DNA of 64,000 nt, from the NCBI RefSeq assembly GCF_009914755.1, contig NC_060928.1; one strand, given 5' to 3'. This document shows positions 26,502-39,790 of this stretch, piece after piece. The notes under the pieces are model-generated. The model did no database searches. It saw only the letters and a program-made list of their open reading frames with translations, and was not told where the DNA came from. Every line of letters begins with the position of its first letter. Position 1 is the stretch's first letter. This stretch comes from the human T2T-CHM13v2.0 reference genome, Homo sapiens. Made by a program: the position numbers and the translations under genes.

Positions 26502-29258
26502 TATATGGTTAAGAATTCTTGGCCAGGAGTTAAACATCTCAGTTCAAATCCCAGTTCTTCTCTACATGCCTGTGTGGTCTTGGGTAGTTATTCCATCTTT
26601 TTGACCTTGAATTTTCTCATTCATTGACCCCTGGACAAAGAAAATGCTAATGTACTTTCCAGTTCAAAACTATTAAGTCTTGAAAGAATAAAAGTGAATT
26701 CAAACGAAGCCAGAAAAGTTTTGATTTATAAGATAAGGTTTGGTATCTTTTTTACAGAACCACAAATGTTCTACCTCATGGCAACTGGGATCATAGTCTC
26801 TAAGTGAAGAGTATATTGACTTGCCTATGCCAAAGGAAAGATCATATCTTCCAAATATTTGAACCATGAAAGGAATATAGTAGGTATTTTGTCCTTAAAT
26901 CATCTCATATTTAGTTTCAATGTTATTTTTAAAACATGATTTCTGTATACAAGTTAGTTTCCTAAAATGCCTTCTATAGAAAAGTCACACCAGGACCAAC
27001 CTCCAATAATATGCATGTCTTTATTCTCTACCAATGCCTACTCTTTACCACACAAAAGTAACTTAGAGTCCACACACTTCTAAGGGATCTCCTATTTTTT
27101 TCATTTCTGTTATGTTAGTGAGAGAAGAGTAAAACAGGGAGGTTATATAATTAACCTCTTCAATCTGCAAGTCGAACAACCTGGAACAGCACACAAAGAA
27201 GTCAGCACACAGAGTATTCCAAGAGCATGTAACATGCTGCTTTTAATCAACACCACAGAATAAAAGCAAGTGAGAAACAATTTCCTCACCATAGTGCTAA
27301 TGAGGACTGACTAACAGCACAATTAAGAGTACGCTATACGCCCTCCCCCGTGGTAGACAAGAGACGCCTACAGCTCAGACACAAACACACTAAATCAACA
27401 CATGAAAACACAACATACAGAATAGATCTGTTATTTGATGTGGCATACACTTTATATGTTTCAGAAGAATTCAAAATACTTCAGTACCTATTCCTTGAAG
27501 TTGTGCTATACATGATTCAGTTAAGTTTGGAATTAGTTACTATGCAATTTATACCTGATTCAAACTGGCACAGTCAGAGCTCTCTGTTCTTCGTTGAAAT
27601 ACCTGCCTGCAAAATGTTTAGAGATGCCAAATACATGGCTCTGTAAGAAACGGCTTTAAAGGAGACTATTTAAAGTCATTTCAAAGCTATTTCATAATTT
27701 CATGTGCGTCACTGACAAAAAAGAAAAGAAAAATCGACTCTGCCTATGAAATTGGGCTATCATAAACACCAGCCCGAGTATATTTCAAAGAAATCTTGTG
27801 AAATTTAATGAGATTCGTGAATAGTTTTTCCATACTAGTCCGAATAGATTTTTTTTAATGGCTTCCCATCAGGCTTTTTAAAAGATAAAAAGAAAGCAAT
27901 CTGATTACACAAAGGACAAGGCTCACAGACTGCTTAGGACAATTTCCAACATGGAACTGCTGGATAGTCCTACCATCCAACTGCACTTGTTTATCACATG
28001 TTTAATTCGCCATCTTCTCCCAAAGAGCACTAGCTCCTCTGTATCTGAGCTCAGTCTTATTAGCAGCACCAACATATTTGTAATCTCCTCAAACAGAGCA
28101 TCAAGGGCTTATTTCTGATTTCTCATCTTTTTATCCCGAAGAGTACAAACAAGAATTGAATTCAGTCACCATATACTGTACACTTTTACCATTACTTTGC
28201 AATTTGCTACAAAATCCTACAGGTTTTTCATTTGTTTGTTTGAAAAGGGTCTTGAATTTACCTTTTATCCTCTAAAGTCATTGTTATCACCCCAGACCGG
28301 ACTGTCATCAGCTCTCCCCTGAGAGATTTCAAGAGCTACTATTTTTTACTCCTCTATGTATCCAGTTTATCTCTAGAAGATTTATCTTCCTAAAACAATA
28401 GGTAAATAGATCCTCTAAATCCTATATTGGTTCCATCAATATTCTATAACAGTACTTATCAACATATATTTTGTCCTTCACCCCACCACCAAAAATACAG
28501 ACGGCCCATCAGGTATGAGATATTCTGCTTGTTACTGTCCCTTCTTGGATTCTCACTGTGTATATTAACACACTTACTTGAACAAGGGACCCTTCCTCCC
28601 TTCAGAACACACATTAAAGAAGTAATTTTGGAAATTATATGATCATTCATCAATTCCATACACTACCCTGGCTTTCAATTCCCTTCTCCTTCCTATTAAC
28701 CCATTGTCACTCATTTCTTTCCCAACCCAGTTGCTCATGTTGTCTCTCCACCTATCTCTGCCTCCTCGTTTCTACACAGTTAAATTCTACTAGTCTTCAC
28801 AAGTTATACGTCAACCGTGAAATCTTCCATGATAATCTTCCCAATCACCTCATCCTACACAGGCTTCTATCTTTCCCAATTAGGGCATAAACTCCTTAAA
28901 TAAAGTATCTACATGTCTTATGAAGTATTTTCTTTACTTGCAGCAAAAGGTGCATGTAGTAGGGACTAAATGAATGTGTGTTGATGGCAGTATTATTACC
29001 TGATACAAAGAAATGCCCATATAGAGTGAGATATCAACTACAATCCACACACTAGAATACAGCACTGGTATGTTTTAAGAGAGGAAGGGGCCAATGAGAT
29101 GCTACTTATTTATTCTGATCATCTTTAACCAGTGAAGTCATATGAACAACTATGGCAATCCAAAGTGATTTGAAAACAAAACTTTAGGCCACTTTTGCAA
29201 AGGAGACCAAATGTACATCCAAAACCACTGACATCTATTTTCTAGTCAAATGATAATC

Positions 29259-29331
29259 AAATCTTAATTAGTAACAAGTTACAAGCTATATATAATGAAA
29301 TCTTAATTAGGAACAAATTACAAGCTATATA
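29259..29331. repeat. Tandem duplication, 2 x 34 bp (period 39)
   Basis: aaatcttaattag(t/g)aacaa(g/a)ttacaagctatata at 29259-29292 and 29298-29331. Confidence 0.9.
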
Positions 29332-29871
29332 GGTTAAAGTATTTATTTTAGTCTTTCTTTATATAAACAAGAAAATAGCCTCCACATATTACTCTGAGTA
29401 TAAAACAACTGTGAATTAAATCAGTATAGACATAGTTTTACACATACACACACAGTGTGTACCTACGTATATATATCTGTGTCTGTGTATATATGCATAT
29501 ATATGATATATATTCACATCTCCTTCTATATATATAAAGTTAAAGGGCTTTGTTATTTGTGATTTATAATAGACTTAATTAAAGAGTAGTGCTAATGAGG
29601 CAAAGGTGAAAAAAACTCATTCTGAGCCAATTGACTTAACCTTGAATTTGCAGGCTTCTCCTATAACCCTTCGTCTTCTAGCTACCCCACAAAATAACAG
29701 AATGAGAAAAATTCATCAACCTTATGAGAAAAACAAAGTATATACAGTAAGTACAACATACGTACTTTCTTTAGAGCAAATATAATTAGTTTGCATTCAA
29801 ATGCAAATCACACACAAACTCACTGAGTAGAAGAGTATACTCCCTCAACATAAAGTCTTTTTAATGCCTAA

Positions 29872-30200
<329 letters not shown>

Positions 30201-30646
30201 TCCTTGTCATCTTAATATATGTCTACTTCTTTGCCATCACAGAAGGTTTTTCCCCACCAACCCTTCCTATGTCCCATTATACTATTCTGCATTTTGTACT
30301 AAACACACTATGAGCATCATTTCTATATTTACCATGAGCAAAGAATTTACAAAATTTAAGTGATGCAGCTTATTATGTTTTCCCTATACATATTTTTTCA
30401 TTCAGTTTCTGATTTATTTTGTATGTATTAAGGTATAATCAGGAAACTAGATATCAATGTAGGTATTTCAACAAAAGAATTTTAATATAGAAAGTTGCTT
30501 ACAGTTGTCAGAGGGCTAAAAGAGCAAAATAGCAATACTGAAGAACACAATAACAAAATAGTAGCAGCAAACTAATCGATATTTATTGAGTGCTACTATA
30601 TATATGCCACTTCACTATGCACTGCCTGAAGAGGGACAAAAAACCT

Positions 30647-30730
30647 ATATATATATACACACACACACACTTTTTAAAACTCTATATATGTGTGTATACA
30701 CACACACACATATATGAGAAAGAGAGAGAG
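30647..30730. repeat. Compound (TA)/(CA)/(TG)/(GA) microsatellite
   Basis: Direct reading. Confidence 0.85.
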
Positions 30731-31636
30731 TTGAATAATATAAACAATGTCCCAAGAGAGTAGGTGTTTAATTAACTGCTCCTAAATGGTAACGGAAAGG
30801 AGCTTGGAAACAGCAAATATCAGTAATTAGAAGACAAAAATTCTAGTCTGGCCACTATCTGTTGGTTGTTGGCAAGTCCATAAACCTCTTTTGGCCCTTC
30901 CAAAAAGTTTTACTACATGACCAATACTTCGTTCCTTCCGTCTCTAACATCCTATGACTATTTGCAATTTAGAATGTGGAAGAAGTCACCTGACAGCAGT
31001 ATGATGTAAAAATAACTTGAGTTTTAGAGCCAGACAGACCCAAATATGCATTAAATTTCTAGATTAGAATTCCTTCATGTAGTTTTCTTGTTAGAATTAA
31101 AGATGATTCTTTTAATGCATGCAATACATAACTGCTCTGGAATAAATGGCAATTTTTGAATTAAAAGGAAACCACTATTCTTCAGAGAAAGTCAGCTACA
31201 TCACAAAATAAAAGACACATTCTCATCTCTAAAATATTTAAACATATATATTTATATGTCATCACTTTTACTAATAGTAAACATCATATCAAATTCCACT
31301 ATAAATTCTACTGCTCTGGGGAAGGGGTTTCATCTTTAGCAATTATACTAACTGGTGGAAATATAAAATCAACTCAATCAATACTGTTGATAAAACAAAA
31401 ATATGTGCTGGATTACCTTTTTGCATTTCAGATTACTAATGTCCTCTTTTCCCAAAGGTACTAAGACTCTGGATGCCTACACACTGATTAAAGTATCAGA
31501 CTTGTAATTAATGAAATTCAATTTATTTCTTCTGTCATTAGTAGCTACTCTGAAATTCAAATCTGAACTGAATTATCTTAAAATCATCTGTCAGAGAATC
31601 TTAAGTGTTAAACGACACTTTAAAAAACAAATTACT

Positions 31637-31938
<302 letters not shown>

Positions 31939-32994
31939 AAAAAACAAATTACTGCTTTTGGGGATTTTAAAATGCTTTTCTAAATGTAGGTACTACTACA
32001 CAGATGATTCCAGGCCCCCTTTTACAGACACGTTATCCACCTTAATATAGCATTAGCAAAACTAAAAGAAACTTAGCTATAAATTTTTATTTTATGTCAT
32101 AAAATATAAAATATTTTTAAAACAATGCCTTTGGTATTATTTATCCTTATATTAAAGCATCCATTAAAAAATACAATAAATTACCTTGGAACAAGATTGC
32201 TAGAAATTTTCACCCATTGCAAAAGGAAAGACGTGTGTGTGTGTGTTTTTTAGTACATTCATTCTTCCTTGAAATACCAAAGTTAAACATCAAAAAAAAA
32301 GTATTGAACATAAGGAGTTAATATTTTGTGAGGGTAAAATATTAATATTTCAATTTCCTGACATTTCAGTTATTACTGGGTTTTAAGTACATGGCAGAGA
32401 ACTTTCAGTCAACATTAGCTTTCAGTTTTATCTTCTACAAAATGACTTTTAAAATATTTACATTGCTTTGCTTTATTCTTAATATAGGACAGAAACCAAC
32501 AACATTATATTATCAATCTCAGTTTAGCACTATAATGTATTATATCATGTTTTAATATGACAAAACTAAACTATTCAAAACAAATTGTTAGTATTTTATA
32601 TTATTTTATATTTTGAAGACAGTTCCCTCAATACATTTACAACATAATACAAAATAGCAAACTAATTTTCTAGTGAATTTTTCCCAAATTATATAGCAAA
32701 TTACTGTTTCTTTACTTTTCTCAGTGCTAGCCATTTAACATTAGATTTTGGATGTCTACAGATTGTACTTCTGAAACGCTGTATAAGGTATGATGGTAAT
32801 AGTTTATTCAATGTTATTTAATAAATATTAAATGAGTGCTTCGTGGTTCAGTTTTAAACACAAGAATAATTGAGTTTTTGGAATTTGAGAGCCAATGAGA
32901 TTTCTGATATAAATTAATCTAAGCCTTTTCTTATAGATTAAGAACTGTCACTTAAATAAGTTAAGCACCTAGGTCAAGGTCTGGGTCAAGGTCA

Positions 32995-33190
32995 CGCAGT
33001 GTGGTGTTATGAGAATGCCTAGGATTTACAGTCAGACAGACCTGAATACTAATCCAAGCTCTACTTCTTACTGTTTTATACTGTACCTGTGGCTGTATCT
33101 TTCATATCCTCATACCCTTAGTTTCAACATCTGTAAAAAGGACATAATAATGAGTATTTCATATGTTGCCATAAGAATATATTTAATAGA
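32995..33190 (+). mobile_element. MIR
   Basis: 'agtcagacagacctgaatactaatccaagctctacttct...gtttcaacatctgtaaaaagg'. Confidence 0.7.
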
Positions 33191-34849
33191 GTATTGTTAT
33201 GTTACGTAGAAAGGATGGTAAACTTATGTGAAGCTCTGTCCTTATCAAAGAAACAGCTACATACAAATCCAGGCTTCCTGCCTTCTTGTCTATAACTCAG
33301 ATGACATTCTGCTTAACTTACTGGTAGCTTGTGATTCAAAATACATATTTTTCCCACATACTTTTGAAACTCATTCCAATTAGGTGAATCTCGTAGATTA
33401 AAACTGTAACTTTTACCCCCTAAATATTAAATTAACATAATTAGCTACTTAGAAGTGACTTTAAAATAATTTTTCCATTCTATTCATTAGCCTCAATTTT
33501 TTTCTTCCCTGAGGTTAAATTTTTTCCAACTATTACATTTTTAATAGGTTTAATAAGCAAGTGTATTCTTCTTGATAAATATAATAGATTGCTAACCTGT
33601 ATATTAACAGGAAATAAAAAATTTTAAAGACAAATAAACGATCTCAACTGTGATTACCAAGGGGCTCTTTTCCCGAACAATCAGTTTGGTATGATGACTA
33701 ACAAAGGAAAGAAAAAAAGAAAGGTTGTTCTTTATTTCAAATAATGTATCTTTAAGTCCTGTAAGAGAATAATGTTTTCAATTTTATCAGAAAAACAATA
33801 CTTCCACTTGACACAAAGAAAATTTTCATGTTACAAATCTTTAATTTCTTTACTATTTATTAATATTAACATTAAGAAGAAATAGCAATGATATTCTTAG
33901 CTCTCATGGGCTCATAAAATTATATCATATGAAGACAAATGTAGAACAATGAAAGAAAACAACTGGGGAGAGCTGAACAAAGTCCCTTAAAGTTTCATTT
34001 ATTAGAAAAAAATGAAATATATTTACGTATACGTATTTCTATGTTTTCCCAAAGAAGTAAATATCTTTCATTATATTGTACTTATAAATAAAGGGCCTTA
34101 GAAATCTTTACTTATGTTTTGCTAATCACAAAACTCAACACAAGATTTTTCTACTATGTGAAAATATGACTGACACGCAGTATTCTTAGTTGCTAACAAT
34201 AAATGGAAACACCTGTGTAAATTACACAGGACAAAAATTAAGTTGGATCCAACAATGACTAGTTCTTCAGAATAGAGTACAATGATGTTTCTCTCTTTAG
34301 AATCAAAGACTGTTCGTTAAATGTCCTATAATTGTTAACAACAGGGATGCTCTAGTGCTTTTCCTGAATAACAGAAAACAAAAAACTTGTAGAGATTAAA
34401 AGCAACATGCAAGTGACAGGTGAACTAAAGGTGTATACTAACCAATTACAACTATAATAATAATAAATATATAATAAAAGTACATTCTAACACTGTCTTT
34501 CCTTTCCCAAGAGGTTCAGAGATGAAGTGTACACTGCGTTTAGCTAGCTGGAAGAAACTTTCATCATTTCTGAAGGCAAAAAGTAAAACAAGATCTCATG
34601 TCCACCTATAAGCAAGAACATATGTAGATACCAAAGGTACTGACTGTTGAAGTAATGAGAACCACAGGACAGAAATAAGCCAATACCTTGCCTCCTCCTT
34701 CATCAAAGTTTTAAACTGAGGACCAGATCCCCCTGCAAGAGAGGATTTGTTTCAGAAAGGTCACACCTTGCTGAAAACGGGCATACCCACAATTCCCACG
34801 TGCCATTACTAAAACTATGATTTTAAGACAAAATCAGTTCTAAGAAGTA

Positions 34850-34990
34850 AATACTATTATCTCCAATTTCCAGATAAAGAAAGCGAGGTTTGAAGAGCCT
34901 GCCTACATGTACAATGACAATCAGTAATGTGTAGCAGAATTCAAACTCTAGTTTGATTCTAAAGTCCATGTCCTTAGCCAAAATGTCATA
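34850..34990 (-). mobile_element. MIR
   Basis: 'tattatctccaatttccagataaagaaagcgagg...gaattcaaactctagtttgattctaaagtccatg'. Confidence 0.7.
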
Positions 34991-37771
34991 CTGTCCCCAT
35001 ATTACCAGCACAATGACATTTTCCCATGTTAGTCGTGAAAGAACTAATGTAAACATAAATTATTTGTTGGTTTGTCTGACATATGACTAAATGAAGACTT
35101 TGGTAGGGTTGTAAATACAGTAGAGAATTACTAAAGGAATATAAGCATTCACTCAATTAAAATAACATTGTCATTGTGTCTTATCTTTTTTTCTGATTTA
35201 TATGTGATTTTTCTCCCTCAGTTGGTAAAAAAAAACAAAACTAAAACTAAGGCATACCACTGTGAAACAGGTGAAAGGAGTCTAGGAGAAAGCCCTTCTG
35301 CACACATTTATAACTCCATGGTAATGGTTTTTAACTATGTGCATCTATACACAAAAATATTACATGGAATTTTAGTTTCCAGATCCTCTGAAGACCATAT
35401 ATTCATCACATATAGGTCCAGGTATAACCCTGCTTTATGGATACTTGAAAGTATAAGAAAATTATTGGTAGTATTAACTTCTTTACACATTTGCAGCCTG
35501 GCTCAGAGGCCCAACTACTTTTGGGCCTTGCCCTCTTGTCCTCTTGCCTCCTTTGAAGTACTTCTTAACTGTCTCTCTTATTTGATAGACGGTTGCTCTC
35601 ATATCAGTTTCAGTCTACCAAGAGGCCCACACTTAATATTTGGGGTAAAGTGAAACAGTGGAGAAGCAAGGCTGTTAGCCAGCTGCTGACTCTAAGAGGT
35701 TGCTGCTTGCTAAGGCATGTGCTTCCCATGCAGAGAAAACGACTCATTGAGAAGCCTAATACACAGGGACACCTCTCTAAGAAACTGTGAAACCAACTCT
35801 GATTAAGCTGAAAAGGGTCCAAGAGCAAATTCTAAGTTTTCACCAAAAACAACAACATTTCATAGACCAAATAAAAGACAAAACAACATACTGAGATTGC
35901 TCATTAAAAGTGTTCTTGCTATGTTTATTTAATGAAGTTATTCATGTTTAAATACAATTATCTTAAATGGCACAGCTTCCCTGATCAACAACCACAAAAT
36001 AGAATGTCCCTGCTACTATATATTATTTTTTAGCATACATTCTTACAAATTATATGTGAGAAGCAGATGGTGAATGTTAACTTGGCACCGTTCCACCATC
36101 TGCTCTTTGCATAGCTAGTTAAGTTCAGAAAATTAATCAAAGATTAAAGAAAGACAATGATAATACTGAAACTAAGAGTCACCTTCTTTCTTGAACTCTT
36201 CCAACATTTGGAATACATATACCAAGCACCTTCAAGGGTTACATTCTATTTGTGATACATAAAATCTATTTTAATTTCATCGTATTAAATAAAAGCTAAA
36301 TAAAAACACTCATCTCCATCACTTGGGCCAATTATTAAAGAATCCCAACATCCTCATTTGTTCAATAAATATTTACTAAACATTATCTGATTTTCTCTGT
36401 AGACTTTAAATTTTGTGTTTACAGATTATCTGATTAAATTAACATATTTTGATAGATTATGATAACGTCATGACTTATATAAGAGCTTACTCCATCCTCT
36501 ACCCCACACTCACATTATTCTAGGCTTAATGAATGATGAGTTAGTCTCAGAAATGTGTGGATATATGAACGAAAGAGGGGAAGAGGCAGCACCTCTCTTT
36601 TACGATGCTCCTTAGAAAAGTAGAAATTGATTCCAGTTTTCTCTGTGGGGATATGGCAAAAAGTATAACCAATAAAATTATACAATACAGGAAGTCACTT
36701 GAACTCTGTACACTCTCTTTGCCCCTCCCACCTCCATTCATAATCATTAGACTTAAATTCTATAGTAATAAGGCATTTTACAGCTATTGTTATACTCATG
36801 TCAGGTAAAATCAAAAGCAAAATCATCCTATCCTTCAAGACATATATCCAAAGAGGCCAAGTCAGTATGACTTAATCCTCACAAAGTCCCAGTAGAGTTT
36901 GTTCTTCCAGTTACAATTTAGAAAACTGTACTAAATGTATTGGTTTACGTATCTGCCTGAAGTACTAATACTGGGAGGATATAGCTGGGTCCACTAATGA
37001 TCTCTGCATTCAGCAAGAGAAGCTAATACATATTAAGCACTTGATGAATAATGAAAGAATTATCAGATATAATTCGTAAGTTCATTTTAATGGAAATATT
37101 CTGCTAGTTATAGAATGTGTATAGTTTATTTGCTGGTCACAGGTGTGGACCCAGTTTATGTACTGTATAAATGGTTTATATTGCATTTTAAATTTTTTTA
37201 AAAGCAAGAGTCATTGATTTGTGATTGCTCTATCACTTTTTTCAGGCTCTAAAATGGTAATCATATTACCTAATGCTAATAGTTCCTGACAATATCTCTA
37301 AGAATAAAAATTAAATAATTTGTAAATAAAACAAAAACTATACCCACACATCATTTCAATACTGGGAAGGTGTTCACTGATATCATTCATACAGACATGA
37401 TCCAAGAGAGAACATTATCTAAATGGACTCTGATCAACTTCAGTCAGTAAATTTAATACCATAAGGCAGTATTAATTGACTCTTCCCTCATTACTCTAAA
37501 TGTTAAATCTTGTGTCTTGCCCTTTGAAAAATTTTGCTCCTATAGTCACTATGATTGTCTATAAATTGCTTTATTCAGCCACTCAACCAACATTTAATGA
37601 CCTTAGCTTGATTCTCTCCCTAAACTACTACATTCTTGAAAGTAAACGCTGTGTCCAATTAATCTTTTTATTTTCCACCATGCATAAGACAGGACCTCGT
37701 ATGTATGTAATTAACAGGAAATGAGTAGTATGTGAACGAAGGATGCCTTATCATGACAATACAATAAACAT

Positions 37772-37826
37772 AAGAAGCATGAGTCCCGTCTCAAAAAAAA
37801 AAAAAAAAAAAAGAAGCATGAGTCCC
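37772..37826 (+). mobile_element. Extremely 5'-truncated Alu-type insertion (GTCTC + A18) with 16-bp TSD
   Basis: aagaagcatgagtccc | gtctc A18 | aagaagcatgagtccc; (cc)gtctc-A(n) is the Alu 3' terminus. Confidence 0.85.
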
Positions 37827-39584
37827 AGGACAAGATGTAAAGTTATACAGGACAAAGTTCCTCTTATTTTTTTCTTTGAGGAAACAGAAAACTTCAAATG
37901 TTACAGATTTAAAAATCACTGAAATGAGAAAGCCTATCCCTTGTGACTTCCAATTTTGTTTCTCCTCTCTGGGAATTACTCTGCCCTAATTCACTGCAAA
38001 TCCATATTCAGAAGCCTATCCACTAAAACATCTCTTACAAAATCTTCCTAATTTCTTATTTCACCAGTAAGAAAGAGATACGCTACTGTTGTCGTTAGCT
38101 TTTTAAAAAGGAAACAACGTAATGTCTCCATGTTATTTACATGCGCTACTTGCAAGTGAAAATTACAGTTTCCCGTTTTCAGTTTTTACATTTTTCAGTT
38201 TAACATAAATTGTTCACTAGCACTTATGATATACAAAGATGTGCACTAGAAGGGCAACAACAGAGATAGAAATCAAACTAAGATACAGACCCTCCTCTCT
38301 AATATTTTATTATATTTATCACATTCTTAAAAATTTTATTTTAAAATTAATAAAAACAATTCTAACATCTTATTGTCAACCAAAAGTAAGTAAATTCTGC
38401 AACTATAAAAGTAGTCTATTATTTTAATGTTAATCCTCTAAAAGTGAAATTTTAAAAAATTAAGTAATTGAAGATGTATTTATTGCCTCTTATTTTTATA
38501 TCTTACACTTCTCTGTAGTGCCACATTTAAATACTTTGTTCAAAAGTGTACTAAAATATAAGCATGTTTAGCTTGTTACTTTGTTTTGTTACCATAATCA
38601 CTGTTGGTTGTGTGTTAATGTTATTTTTTCACAAGGGAGGCATTAAATAAGCATCAAATCTACTTTACTGTTCTCACCTTTCTCTTCCTCCTCCATTTTT
38701 TAAATACGATAATGAATAATTTTAAATCATTTTCCTCTCTCTTTTGCCTAAACTATGGTCATTAGATAGTTAAAGTAATTGGTGGATTACCAGTATCCCT
38801 AACAATTTATATTCTTTTCTGCCCCTGAACAGGGGTGCTGATGTTCTATTCACCACTCTTCTTACATCAAGATTTTTATTGAAAACATATTACAAAACGT
38901 AACAAAGGTACATATATGAATTCTTAATAGAGATTTGCTATTAGCACAATAAAAATGCTATATTAGTTTGCTCTCTGAATAGAGTCAGAGTCTATAGAGT
39001 TAACTTTTTAAAAATCATCTAATGTCTGAAGAGACTCCTACCAACCAGGAAAAAGGATGTTGTCTTTTGGGTTACAATAGCAAAGTCAGCAATGCATAAT
39101 CTCAGCTATTGTTCATTCTGGCAAATCATCACTGGCTGGATGATTTACAACAGGTTGCTAATTACATGATGGTACATAAACATTGCTAGAAATGGTAAAT
39201 ACCCACCTGCCAGAAATGTAACTACATGTACTTTAAAGCAATCAAAATCACTGGCCAACTCCAAAGGCAAATATTTGGCTAGCAAGGCTGCCTGCTCACT
39301 ACTGTTAGTACTCACTGATACCAAATAAACCATATCTACAATAGAAATTTCCATTTAAATGACTATTAAGAAGTCTGATGAAGTTAAACTGAGATATGAT
39401 GATTGCAGAGTTTTAATGATGGAAGGAGTCAATAGACCTAATATGAAACAGCTTTATGTTTTGGGAATGTTTACAAGTAGGATTTTCTGGTTCCCTGAGA
39501 AGCACTGTAATGTTAGGGTTGTATTCCTAGGTAGCAGATTCAGTCACCAATAGACTAATAGAGATGGTGAGGACAAAAGAAAAT

Positions 39585-39790
39585 AAGCATTTAACGTTTC
39601 CCATCTATGAAGTAAAGCACTGAACTAGATAGTTTCAAGTATATTATTTTGTTTAACACTCTCATTAATGCTGTAAAGTAAGTTTTATCATTGCTATGTG
39701 TTTTACGCTTGAAGAAACTGAGGCTGTGAAAGATTAACTTCGCCAGGGTTGCCCAAGTAGGGAAGGGGTGGGATTAGAATCTTAGTATTT
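39585..39790 (-). mobile_element. MIR
   Basis: 'ttttacgcttgaagaaactgaggctgtgaaagattaacttcgccaggg'. Confidence 0.75.

Noticed and set aside
35168-35653. Longest ORF (161 aa)
   Set aside because: TTG start, no recognisable motif or convincing splice sites; expected by chance in 64 kb.
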